DNA of 64,000 nucleotides from Candidatus Micrarchaeota archaeon. GTDB taxonomy: Archaea; Micrarchaeota; Micrarchaeia; Norongarragalinales; Norongarragalinaceae. This document shows positions 25,291-34,509 of the stretch, piece after piece. The stretch lies in NCBI GenBank assembly GCA_016207165.1, contig JACQQD010000005.1, forward strand, positions 98,736-162,735, read 5' to 3'. Each line of letters begins with the position of its first letter. Positions within the stretch are counted from its first letter, which is position 1. A program made the position numbers and the translations under genes. The notes below the pieces were generated by a model that did not search any database, was not told where the DNA came from, and was given only the letters and a program-made list of their open reading frames with translations.

Positions 25291-25348
25291 AAGGCTTAAT
25301 AAAACGGGGAATCCCTTATAATGCTTGCGCAAATTGCGGTTGCGCAAT

Positions 25349-25497
25349 CCCGCTGTAGCTCAACCTGGCAGAGCACCTGACTGTAGGACTGCGGACCGTT
25401 TTTGTAGGTACGTTTTCCGGTTACAGCCTGCTCTGTCTTTAGAGACAGATTCCTGAAAGAAATCAGGGTGTTGCCAGTTCAAATCTGGCCAGCGGGA
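25349..25497 (+). tRNA. tRNA-Tyr(GUA) precursor with ~75-nt canonical 37/38 intron (25387-25461)
   Basis: acceptor CCCGCTG/CAGCGGG + A73; D-arm GCTC-AACCTGGCA-GAGC; anticodon stem CCTGA/TCAGG with loop CUGUAG|intron; variable GTGTT; T-arm GCCAG-TTCAAAT-CTGGC. Confidence 0.75.
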
Positions 25498-25507
25498 CTT
25501 TCTCTTT

Positions 25508-27189
25508 TTATGGACTTTTGGGTCCGAATTTTTGTATGGCTTTGGTTACGCCTTGTTCTACTGACGTCACCAAATCCTCTTTGGTCAAGTATTCCATGGC
25601 GGCCGAGTGCAAGATTTTGTTCTTGACCCGCGGGTTGGTCACCGCCAAGTACACGTCGCCGCCGGCTTTCTTGCGGCTTTCCACGATGCCATCCAAGATG
25701 GCAACCGCGGAAGAGTCCATGTAGTCCACGTCCAGCAAGTCCAACACCAATACCTTGCATGTTTCCCTCGGCGTTTCGTCCGAGATTCTTTCCAGCCGGT
25801 ACGCTGAACCAAAGAACAGGGGGCCGCTGACGCGGTAGGTGCGCGCGATGCCGGACACGTCCGGCGCCAGAGTCGAGATTGTGACGGCCGGTGCCGGCGC
25901 GGGTACCAACTTGATTTCCACGTTCTCGCTCATTTTCTTGATGAAGACCAGACCCGCCAACGTGAATCCGATGAGGATGGCGGTCGTCAATTCCAGAAAC
26001 ACGGTGGCCGTCACCGTGGCCAGAAAGACGAGTACGTCGCTTTTGCTGTCGGACAAAAAGTGCTTCAACGCGTCAAAGTCCATGAGGTGGACGGCTGTAA
26101 ACGTCAAGATGCCGGCCAGAACCGCCATGGGAATGAATTGGGCCAGCGGCGCTAACGCCAACAGCACCAATACCAAGAGCCCCGAATGCACTACCGCGGA
26201 GAGCCGCGTTTTGGCGCCGTTTTTAACGTTGGTTGCCGAACGCACGATGACGCCGGTGGCCGCAATGCCGCTGAAAAACGGCACCACGGCATTGGCCATT
26301 CCCTGTCCAACGAGCTCCTTGCTGGAGTTGTGTTTGGTGCCCGTCATGCCATCCAAGGACACGGCGGACACTAGGCTTTCGATGCTGGCAAGCAATGCGA
26401 TGGCCAATGCGGAAGGAAAAAGTTCGTTTAGTTGCGAGAGTGGAAAGTCAGGCACCGCAAAACCCGGGAGACTGGATGGAATGGTGCCGATGTGCGCCAC
26501 GTCCAAGAAAAAATCACGGAAACCCCGGTGGCGGTCACCAGCGCCACAAAGGAAGCGGGAATTTTGTGCGTGAGCCTTGGAATTCCCCAAAGCACGGCCA
26601 AGGTCGTCGCCGACAAAGCCAACGCCGCGAGACTGGCTTGGTTGAGGTGGGAAATCAGTGCAGCCATTTGCGCCAGGGCACCCTCGGCGCTCACAGCTAC
26701 TCCCGACAAGTTGCCCAGTTGTCCTAAAATGATCAGCAAGCCGATGCCGGTCGTGAATCCCACCACTACAGTGTATGGAATGAATTTCACCACCCGGCCG
26801 ATGCCGGAAATGCCCATGGCTATCTGCAGGATGCCTGCCAAAAACCCGGCCATCAACAGTCCTTGGACGCCGAACTTTGCCGCCACGCTATACAACAACA
26901 CGGTCATGGCCGCTGCCGGTCCCGCGACTCCCAATTCCGTGCCGCCGAACACGGCGACAATGGCTCCGCCAATGATGGCGGTGTAAAGACCGTACGCCGG
27001 CGGCACTCCGGAGGCCACGGCGAGAGCCAGACAAAGAGGAATCGCCACCACGGTCACAATGGTGCCAGCGATCACGTCGTGCTTCCAGTGGCGCAGCGAG
27101 AGTTTGGCGGGACGGAAGAGCCCCAGCAAGCCGGAAAGCAATTTCCGGCTGACATAAACGGCCATAGCGGGTCTTAACGGGAGGTGCAT
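25508..27189 (-). pseudogene. SulP-family sulfate/anion permease with C-terminal STAS domain, interrupted by a frameshift in an A6/T6 homopolymer near 26508-26513
   Basis: two overlapping ORFs (26428..27189 N-terminal TM part; 25508..26590 C-terminal TM + STAS ...VLVLDLLDVDYMDSSAVAILDGIVESRKKAGG...); adding one T restores ...GVSVIFFLDVAHIGTIPSSLPGF... Confidence 0.7.
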
Positions 27190-27331
27190 GGCAGCGGAAA
27201 ACCGCCGTCAAAACAAGATTCCGTATTTTTCCGTTAGGATACTCCTCTTTTTAAGCGCATTTGGTGGACTGGTTTTCTGCGGGCCCACCCAAATCCATTA
27301 AAAACGGTTGCCCCACAAGCATTTCTCTTGC

Positions 27332-27403
27332 GCCTTGATGGTGTAGCGGTTAGCATTCGGGCTTGTCGAGCCCGCGACCCGGGTTCGATTCCCGGTCAAG
27401 GCG
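27332..27403 (+). tRNA. tRNA-Asp(GUC), no intron
   Basis: GCCTTGA...acceptor; anticodon arm CGGGC-UUGUCGA-GCCCG; T-arm CCGGG-TTCGATT-CCCGG; G73. Confidence 0.85.
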
Positions 27404-27683
27404 TATCGCATTTTTCTGGATGGGGTTGGCGTTTTTGCTCCCGCTGTCGCTGGCCATGTCGCCGCTGCCCTTGTAAGCGCAATTCTTTTTAACGCGCGCC
27501 GCTCCAAGGGGGTTCATCCGTTTCAGTCACAAGAGGCTGAAGAGTCAAACCTATGAATGAAGGCATGCTGACCGCCGTTTTGGCGGGTCTGGTCCTCGTC
27601 GTCGCCCTTGGGGGCGCTGGCTTGGAGTGGCTGGGCCTGGGCGCCGCCGGGTTGTTCTTTTTGGGCAACCAGGGTGGCGGCCA

Positions 27684-28268
27684 CTAAGGCTTGACGGCGA
27701 CAAATCCCTGCACGTCATCGGCCCAGCGGATGCCTTGAAACCCCGCGTGCGAGAGGCGTTCCTGGACGCCGCGCGCCACGTTTTTCCCGCCTTTTTTTCC
27801 AGGGCTTCCCACGTAGTGAAACAGTTTTCCCCTGCGCTTAAGCACGCGGAACAGTTCCCGGTAAAACGCTTCGGCGTACAGTTCTCCGGCCAAGGAAAGC
27901 CGGGGCGGGTCATGCGAGACGGCGTGGAATGACGCGTCCGGCAACGTCTTGACGAATTCGGCCGCATCCCCCAAAAAGCGTTGGATGTTTTCGTTGTTGA
28001 AAAGCCGCATGGAATCCGGGTTTTTCTTCGAGATGTCCACCACGTCCGCATCGATTTCAATGGTCGTCACGAGCGCACCTTTTTTGGACATTTCAATGGC
28101 GCAATACCCCAGGCCCGTGCACACGTCTAGTGCCTTCATTCCGGGGTGAACGCCCAAGCGCTTGACTTTGTCTTCGGCGTCTTTTAGCGGCGACTTGTTT
28201 TTGGTTTGGTGCATGCGGATGCCGTCGATTTCCAGGGTGCCGTCCACCAGCTTGTAATGCGAAGGCAT
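27684..28268 (-). CDS. class I SAM-dependent methyltransferase (small amino-methyltransferase-like; DPPR motif IV)
   Basis: 194 aa; motif I ...ALDVCTGLGYCAIEM...; motif IV ...FHAVSHDPPRL... Confidence 0.6.
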   Translation of the reverse strand: MPSHYKLVDGTLEIDGIRMHQTKNKSPLKDAEDKVKRLGVHPGMKALDVCTGLGYCAIEMSKKGALVTTIEIDADVVDISKKNPDSMRLFNNENIQRFLGDAAEFVKTLPDASFHAVSHDPPRLSLAGELYAEAFYRELFRVLKRRGKLFHYVGSPGKKGGKNVARGVQERLSHAGFQGIRWADDVQGFVAVKP

Positions 28269-28544
28269 GCACTGCTTTGTGGAGGGCGCAAAGAAAAACC
28301 CCCATGTGTTAAAATAACAACGGTTTTGTTCTATTTAGAAAAGTATTTATTTTTGGCGTGCGTTCCGTTTCGGGGGGAAGGAAAACAAGTGGATGAATGG
28401 ACGCCAGCCTTGGCGGTGCTGGTGCTATTGGCCGTCGTTTCGGACGTGGTGTTCGGAGCCGGAGGGTGGGCACTGATTCCGGTTTTGGGCGTCCTGGTGC
28501 CGGTCATGTTTTTGACCGTGGACTCCGCCGAGGCATTTTGAGGT

Positions 28545-29651
28545 TCACGCCGTGACGCGCAGGGCTTGATTCAGCGTCTGGTCCACCAACCCGTCGGGAA
28601 GCCGTTCTTCCAGTTTCTCCAAGTGCCGCGCGTCGGTGCGCGTGGCCGGATGCCGGCTGACCAGGCTCTGGCAACAATCCAGATACGGCTGGCGCGACAA
28701 ATCGTATGTACCGATTTTTTCCGCGATGCCGATGATTTCCTTTTTGTCGTACGTCAACAACGGCCGAAGCATGGGTAATTTCACGGCATCCTGTATTGAC
28801 CCTAAGTTTGACAACGTCTGCGACGAGACTTGGGCGAGGTTTTCGCCGGTGGCAATGCCTTCCGCGTTTTCTTGGACCGCAATTTGTTGGGCCACGCGTG
28901 CCATGAACCGCCGGAAAACGGGGAGAGCGAATCGTTCCGGAACATCCAAGGCCGCCAAGGTGAACTCGTTGTACGGCACCAGGTAAACGGTGTTGGCCAG
29001 CGTCCACGGCTTGAGCTGGCGGGCGAGGTTGAGGATTTTGAGCGACTTTTCCTCCACGTTTTCACGGTGCGGGTGGAAGTGCACGTACACGTTCTTGATG
29101 CCGCGCTTGGCCATGAGCCACGCGGCCACCGGCGAGTCAAACCCACCGCTTAAAAGTGTGACCACCTTTCCGGAGACGCCCACCGGCAAACCCCCGAGTC
29201 CCGCGTGCTTTCCGCCGTACGCTACCGCCTTGTCTCTGAGCACGTCGACGTGTACCACGGCTTTGGGGTTTTTCACAGCCAACGCCACGCCCCGTTTTTC
29301 CAGGCGGCGCGTGAGTTGGCGCACGATTTCCGGGGACTGAAATTCAAACGACTTGTCGGAGCGGTTTACTTCCACTTTGACGGGGCCGCCCGCGCTTTCG
29401 GCCAGGCGCGCCACGGCGTCTTCCATGCCGGACAAACTCCGCTTTGCGTCGAGGCACTCGGCAAACCATGACACGCCAAAGACTTTCTCGATTTTCGGTA
29501 ACGCGGACGCGTCGGCATCCAGAAAGAACCGGTGTTCGACGAGTTTGGCTTTGACGTCCGTGGCGTTCTCCAGGTTGCGCTGCAGCTGCCGCTGGAACAC
29601 GGGCCTGTTTCGGCCCTTGGTGAACAGTTCTCCGTAGTGGACGACGATCAT
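28545..29651 (-). CDS. thiI: tRNA 4-thiouridine synthase ThiI (THUMP + PP-loop ATP pyrophosphatase)
   Basis: 368 aa; PP-loop ...VVTLLSGGFDSPVAAWLM...; N-terminal THUMP region. Confidence 0.85.
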   Translation of the reverse strand: MIVVHYGELFTKGRNRPVFQRQLQRNLENATDVKAKLVEHRFFLDADASALPKIEKVFGVSWFAECLDAKRSLSGMEDAVARLAESAGGPVKVEVNRSDKSFEFQSPEIVRQLTRRLEKRGVALAVKNPKAVVHVDVLRDKAVAYGGKHAGLGGLPVGVSGKVVTLLSGGFDSPVAAWLMAKRGIKNVYVHFHPHRENVEEKSLKILNLARQLKPWTLANTVYLVPYNEFTLAALDVPERFALPVFRRFMARVAQQIAVQENAEGIATGENLAQVSSQTLSNLGSIQDAVKLPMLRPLLTYDKKEIIGIAEKIGTYDLSRQPYLDCCQSLVSRHPATRTDARHLEKLEERLPDGLVDQTLNQALRVTA

Positions 29652-29743
29652 TTCTTCTCACCGGGTGTGAGGCGGACTAAGCGCCAGGGGGCGGAGCCCC
29701 CGGGGCTTAGGTGCAACAGTTCTCCGTAGTGGACAACGATCAT
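29623..29743. repeat. short hairpin insertion (29652-29714) flanked by a 29-bp direct duplication of the thiI start region (aacagttctccgtagtggacRacgatcat at 29623-29651 and 29715-29743)
   Basis: direct inspection; the inserted core gaggcggacTaagcgccagggggcggagcccccggggctt shares its ends with a second element at 39399-39476. Confidence 0.6.
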
Positions 29744-29800
29744 GAGGCCCCTTGTGGTCTGGAAAGGGTTTATAGGCTTTCATCGGCACCCAAAAATCCT

Positions 29801-30808
29801 ATGGCCATCGTGTTGGGGTTGACGGGAGAGAATTGTGCGGGTAAGGGGACCGTCGCCGAATACTTGGAACGAAAAGGATTCCACTATTACTCCTTGTCCG
29901 ACGTCATCCGCGAGGAACTCGCGGCGGAAGGCGCGGAGATCACGCGCGAGGCCCTCATTGAAAAAGGCAATCTGTTGCGGGAGACGCAGGGTTCCGACGT
30001 TCTGGCCCGCAAAACCATGGACAAGCTCTCCCACGAGAGGAACTTTGTCGTTGACTCGTTTCGCAACCCCCACGAAGTCAAGGCGTTCAAGAACAAAAAC
30101 AAGAACTTTTTCTTGTTGTACGTCACCGCTTTGCCGGAAGTACGCTTTGAGCGCATGAAGGCCCGCGGCCGCGAGTCGGACCCCAAGACGTTTGACGCGT
30201 TTGAGCGCATCGAAAAAAAAGAGCGGGAAAGCGCGTCGGAACAGCACCAAAGCATTTCCGCTTGCATCGGGCTTGCCGACCGCACCATTGAAAACAACGC
30301 CGACTTTTCGGCGTTGTACGACGCCGTGGACCGAACGCTCGCCGATCTTTCCAAGGAGTTTTCGGTGGACCGGCCATCTTGGGACGAGTACTTCATGGGC
30401 ATCGCAAAGATGGCGTCCACGAGGTCCAACTGCATCAAGCGCAAGGTGGCCGCGGTCATCGTCAAGGACAAGCGCATCATTTCCACGGGCTACAACGGCA
30501 CCCCCCGGGGAACGAGGAATTGCAACGAAGGGGGTTGTCCGCGCTGCAACAACTTCTCGCCGTCCGGCGCTTCCCTGGAGGAATGCTTGTGCTCGCACGC
30601 GGAGGAGAACGCCATCGTCCAAAGCTCGTACCACGGCGTGTCCATTGCCGGGTCCACGATTTACTCGACGTTTTCGCCTTGCCTATTGTGCGCGAAAATG
30701 ATCGTCAATGCGGGAATTCGGGAAGTCGTGTACGTAGCCGAATACAGCGTGTCGGATACCGCGAAAAAAATGTTGCAGGAAGCCGGCGTGCAGCTGAGGA
30801 AAGTCTAG
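29801..30808 (+). CDS. fusion of N-terminal P-loop nucleotide/nucleoside kinase domain and C-terminal dCMP/cytidine deaminase (zinc CDA fold)
   Basis: MAIVLGLTGENCAGKGTVAEYL Walker A at the N-terminus; deaminase motifs ...CIKRKVAAVIVKD...TGYNG...HAEENAI...YSTFSPCLLCAKMIVNAGI...; track ORF begins at GTG 29711 inside the duplicated repeat, ATG 29801 preferred. Confidence 0.7.
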   Translation: MAIVLGLTGENCAGKGTVAEYLERKGFHYYSLSDVIREELAAEGAEITREALIEKGNLLRETQGSDVLARKTMDKLSHERNFVVDSFRNPHEVKAFKNKNKNFFLLYVTALPEVRFERMKARGRESDPKTFDAFERIEKKERESASEQHQSISACIGLADRTIENNADFSALYDAVDRTLADLSKEFSVDRPSWDEYFMGIAKMASTRSNCIKRKVAAVIVKDKRIISTGYNGTPRGTRNCNEGGCPRCNNFSPSGASLEECLCSHAEENAIVQSSYHGVSIAGSTIYSTFSPCLLCAKMIVNAGIREVVYVAEYSVSDTAKKMLQEAGVQLRKV

Positions 30809-30835
30809 TTTCTACTCGTCCGGTGGCCTTTAATT

Positions 30836-31822
30836 CTACCGCGTCAGCACGATTTTTCCGAACCCCTTTCCTTCCGACAATTGCTGGAAGGCTTTTTTCG
30901 CTTCGGAGAGCGGGTACGTCGACTCGATGACCGGTTCAATGGCGCCTTCTTCCGCCCAGCGGATGACTTGCTTGAATTCCTCGAGGGTTCCTTGTTTGGA
31001 GCCGATGAACCGGATTTGGTTGGAGTACAGCCAGCGAAGGGGCACCACGACGTCCGGCCCGGAGACCGCTCCGCATGTCACGATGGCGCCGCCCTTCCGC
31101 ACGGACGGCATGGACGCGTTCCACGTCGCGGGGCCCACCAATTCCACCACGACGTCCACGCCTCGTCCTTGAGTTAATTCCCGCACGCGTTCGGATACGT
31201 CTTCGGTTTTGTAGTCAATCACGGGCACGCCAAAGCGTTTCTCCGCGTGGCCTTTTTTTTCCGTGGACGCGGTGGTGATCACTTTGCATTCCAGGTGCTT
31301 TGCGATTTGGATGGCGTAGGAGCCCACGGAACTGGCGGCGCCCCAAACCAACACACTTTGTCCGGCTTTCAACTCGGCGCGCTTGAGCATGTGGTACGCG
31401 GTGACGGCGGCCACGGACAAGCTCCCCGCTTTTTGGGGGTCCAGCGTGGTGGGAACCGCGTTTGGCTTCGGCACGCTGACGTATTCGGCGTGCGTGCCGT
31501 CGCGTTGCGCGCCCAGCGTGGTCGTCACGTCGCAGGAGCTGGTCAATCCCCGAAGGCACGCGTCGCATTTTCCGCAGAACGTGGACGAGAACAAAGCGAC
31601 GCGCGCGCCGGTTTCCTCCAGGATTCCGGCGCCGTCGGACCCCAGCACGCGCGGGTATTGGGTTTTGTAGGAGGGGTGTCCGCGGGCAATCCACAAGTCC
31701 AAGTGGTTCAGGGCCGAGGCGTCCAGTTTGACGAGGACTTCCCCGTTTTGGGGCTTCGGTTCGGGCAAATCCATGTAGCCGCAGTTTTCCAATCCTGGGG
31801 CTTTGGCGGCAAACGCTTTCAT
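30836..31822 (-). CDS. medium-chain dehydrogenase/reductase (quinone oxidoreductase-like, NADPH-dependent)
   Basis: ...VLGSDGAGILEETG...GQSVLVWGAASSVGSYAIQIAK... Rossmann GxxSxxG; longer track ORF to 31969, start at MKAFAAK preferred. Confidence 0.65.
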   Translation of the reverse strand: MKAFAAKAPGLENCGYMDLPEPKPQNGEVLVKLDASALNHLDLWIARGHPSYKTQYPRVLGSDGAGILEETGARVALFSSTFCGKCDACLRGLTSSCDVTTTLGAQRDGTHAEYVSVPKPNAVPTTLDPQKAGSLSVAAVTAYHMLKRAELKAGQSVLVWGAASSVGSYAIQIAKHLECKVITTASTEKKGHAEKRFGVPVIDYKTEDVSERVRELTQGRGVDVVVELVGPATWNASMPSVRKGGAIVTCGAVSGPDVVVPLRWLYSNQIRFIGSKQGTLEEFKQVIRWAEEGAIEPVIESTYPLSEAKKAFQQLSEGKGFGKIVLTR

Positions 31823-31975
31823 GAACGCAACGTGCCCCGCAGGGTTTTTCTTTGTTGCGCGGTTTTTCGCCCCAATGCTTTTATCCATTAAGCGCGCAAT
31901 GTAATTGGTTGCGTTTTCTTTCGGTTTTGTGACTAACCGGCAAATGGTTGTTTCCGTTTTTTTTCCCACGCGGCG

Positions 31976-32761
31976 TCAGGGGGTTTTGGTTGGGGCCGTA
32001 AACTTCTTTTTCTTGCCCGTCAGCTTGACGGCCAGCTGGTAAGCGGATTCGGCAAGGTTTTCCGCGAGTTCGTGGACCTGGTTTTCCGCGATGCGTTCGT
32101 CGTCCAATTCGGTTTGTTCGTCGGAGGGCCCCGTGTAGTAACACATGCAGTGCTTGGGGATGGTCCAACCCATGTTGGACATGGTAATGGCCATCAGGCC
32201 GGCGGTGTTTTGCGCCCCGTCCTCGTGGCCGATGACGACGAATCCGGCGACTTTGTCCTGGATGAGGTTCACGCCGAACACGCTTTGCATGTTCTCGATG
32301 CAGTTCATCCGCTCGATGATTTTCTTGAACAACGCGGAATACATGCCCCACCGGACCGGCGTGGCCCAAATGACGACGTCGTTCTCCAACAGCGCCCGGT
32401 ACACGTTTTTCATGGCGTCGTCCTGGCGGGCAATGGAGGTTTTGCAGGGAAAAATGCATTCGGTTTGTCCCCGCGAATAATACCCAGCACACTCGTAGAT
32501 GTTCAGTGTTTTGGCGTCAATCAGACTCGTCTCGGCACCCAAGGCGCCCAGCTTATCCATGACTTCGGAAAGAATTTTCTTGGAGTGCGAGGACTTGCCG
32601 CCGTACTCGGGCCGAGACGACGTGGAGATGCCGACGGCTTTGACGTGGTCGGCGGGCGTAAAGTTGAAGATGGCGTCCATGAGCGAAGGCGACATGATTT
32701 TGGAGTTGACGCCCTTGGCTTCCAATGCGTCCAACGTCTGCTGGTGCAAGGGAATCGGCAT
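31976..32761 (-). CDS. flavodoxin-like NAD(P)H-dependent FMN reductase family protein (possible iron-sulfur flavoprotein)
   Basis: 261 aa; ...VKAVGISTSSRPEYGGKS... FMN-binding loop; Cys cluster CAGYYSRGQTECIFPC. Confidence 0.55.
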   Translation of the reverse strand: MPIPLHQQTLDALEAKGVNSKIMSPSLMDAIFNFTPADHVKAVGISTSSRPEYGGKSSHSKKILSEVMDKLGALGAETSLIDAKTLNIYECAGYYSRGQTECIFPCKTSIARQDDAMKNVYRALLENDVVIWATPVRWGMYSALFKKIIERMNCIENMQSVFGVNLIQDKVAGFVVIGHEDGAQNTAGLMAITMSNMGWTIPKHCMCYYTGPSDEQTELDDERIAENQVHELAENLAESAYQLAVKLTGKKKKFTAPTKTP

Positions 32762-33241
32762 TTATTTTTTCCCTCCGGCTTTGGGTGCCAACAGGGCCCC
32801 GGCGTCGCCGGGTTTTCCCCGAGTCAAAAAGACGTGCACGTCCCGCAACATGGCTTTGAAGGCCTGTCGTGTGGAGTCGTGGCCTGAAAACACGCGTTGG
32901 AGTTCCTTGAGTGTTTTTGCCGTCAAGGCGTCTTTGAGGTCCGACACTTTCAGGGGTTGTTCCAAGACAAATCCGGATTTCGCCATGTCCCACGCCACGC
33001 CTTGGGCTTCTTCCTTGACGGCGTCGGATTGCAGGAAGCTGGAGTTGACCACGCGGTACAAAAGCATTCCGTGTTCGTGGGGCTTGCGGTAGGGGTGTTC
33101 CTTGATTTGAAGCGAAATGGAGACTCCCGGTTTTTTTTGGAGCCGGTACTCGATCATGCTGCCCATGAACTGGGAGGAAAAACCAATGCCAGCCAAGTGG
33201 TCGTGGACGCGTTGGATGTCTTGTAGGACGCTGGCCGGCAT
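32762..33241 (-). CDS. hypothetical protein (159 aa), co-oriented and abutting the flavoprotein gene
   Basis: ORF only; no motif recognised. Confidence 0.4.
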   Translation of the reverse strand: MPASVLQDIQRVHDHLAGIGFSSQFMGSMIEYRLQKKPGVSISLQIKEHPYRKPHEHGMLLYRVVNSSFLQSDAVKEEAQGVAWDMAKSGFVLEQPLKVSDLKDALTAKTLKELQRVFSGHDSTRQAFKAMLRDVHVFLTRGKPGDAGALLAPKAGGKK

Positions 33242-33333
33242 ACGCGTTTTTCAACGGTTCCCGACGTTTTATAGGTTTGGCCCCGTGGAAAACGCAAGGG
33301 GTATTAAACGAGTTTTTTCAGCAGTTCTGGTGC

Positions 33334-34506
33334 ATGACGGTTTACGACGTCCTGATCATTGGCGCGGGGCCAGCCGGCGGCTCCACGGCGTTCCACGCCG
33401 CCAAAAACGGGCTTAAGACGCTGGTGCTGGAAGAGCATAAGGCCATCGGCGAACCGGTGCACTGCGGCGAGTGCCTCAGCGAACTGGCGATCCGCCGCAT
33501 GGGGTGGAGCTTGCCGGATGAGGTAGTCGCCTTGGACGTGCAAGGCGTGCGCGTCCTGTTTCCAGGCGACACGCAAACCAAGTTGTCGGAACCCGGCTAC
33601 GTCTTGGACAAGCACCTCTTTGAGCAGTGGATCATGGCCCAGGCGCAATCCCATGGCGCCCAGCTGCAGTTGTCCAAGAAAGTCGTCTCCCTTTCCAAAG
33701 CCAGCGGCGTGTGGACGGTGGCGTGCGCGGACAACACGTCTTACCAAGCCCACGTTTTGGTGGATGCTTCCGGCGTGGCGGCAATCGTGTCGCGGCTGTT
33801 GGGCCTCAATGAACGCTTCCAAAGCGTGATTGGCATGCAATACGAAATGCTGGACATTCCCACGGACGGGTACCTGGATTTCTACATTTGGCCGGACTTG
33901 GCGCCGCACGGCTATTTGTGGATGATTCCCAAGAACGACGGCCGCGCCAACGTGGGGCTGGTGACCAACCAGAACACGAAAGCCAAACCCTTTCTAGACG
34001 AATTCGTCCGCAAGATGGGCTGGCAGGACAAGAAAGTCGTCAAGACTTTTGGCGGACTCATTCCCTCTTCGGGTCCCTTGAAAAACACGGTGGCTGACGG
34101 CTTGATGTTGGTGGGGGATGCCGCCGGCTTTACGTCGCCACTTTTTGAAGGGGGCACGCACTTGGGCCTCATGTCGGGCCGCTTTGCCGCGCAAGTGGCC
34201 CAAGAGGCGCTGGAGAAAAACGACGTGTCCCTGGCGGCCTTGAAAAAATACGACGCCTTGTGGCAGGCCGAGTTTCCCGATTACAACAAGCTCATTCAAG
34301 GCAAGATGGCCCTCTACGATTTTTCCGACGAGGAATTGAGTGCGTTGGGTGGCTTGATGCCGCCTGAATTGGCCCACTTGGGTTTTTCGCCGAAAGCCAA
34401 GTTCGCCGTCGACGTGTTGACGAGGAAACCCGGTTTACTGAAAAAGAACCTGTTCTCAGCGCTCAAGGCGTTTGGGTACTCGAGGGCAGAATACTACGGA
34501 TGGTAG
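33334..34506 (+). CDS. geranylgeranyl reductase family FAD-dependent oxidoreductase (archaeal lipid/prenyl saturase-like)
   Basis: MTVYDVLIIGAGPAGGSTAFHAAKNGLKTLVLEE dinucleotide-binding motif; ...GDAAGFTSPLFEGG...; ~390 aa typical of GGR. Confidence 0.7.
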   Translation: MTVYDVLIIGAGPAGGSTAFHAAKNGLKTLVLEEHKAIGEPVHCGECLSELAIRRMGWSLPDEVVALDVQGVRVLFPGDTQTKLSEPGYVLDKHLFEQWIMAQAQSHGAQLQLSKKVVSLSKASGVWTVACADNTSYQAHVLVDASGVAAIVSRLLGLNERFQSVIGMQYEMLDIPTDGYLDFYIWPDLAPHGYLWMIPKNDGRANVGLVTNQNTKAKPFLDEFVRKMGWQDKKVVKTFGGLIPSSGPLKNTVADGLMLVGDAAGFTSPLFEGGTHLGLMSGRFAAQVAQEALEKNDVSLAALKKYDALWQAEFPDYNKLIQGKMALYDFSDEELSALGGLMPPELAHLGFSPKAKFAVDVLTRKPGLLKKNLFSALKAFGYSRAEYYGW

Positions 34507-34509
34507 CCG

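Noticed and set aside
29711-29800. GTG start at 29711 extending the kinase-deaminase ORF by 30 aa
   Set aside because: Lies inside the duplicated repeat copy; Walker A motif begins immediately after ATG 29801, the more plausible start
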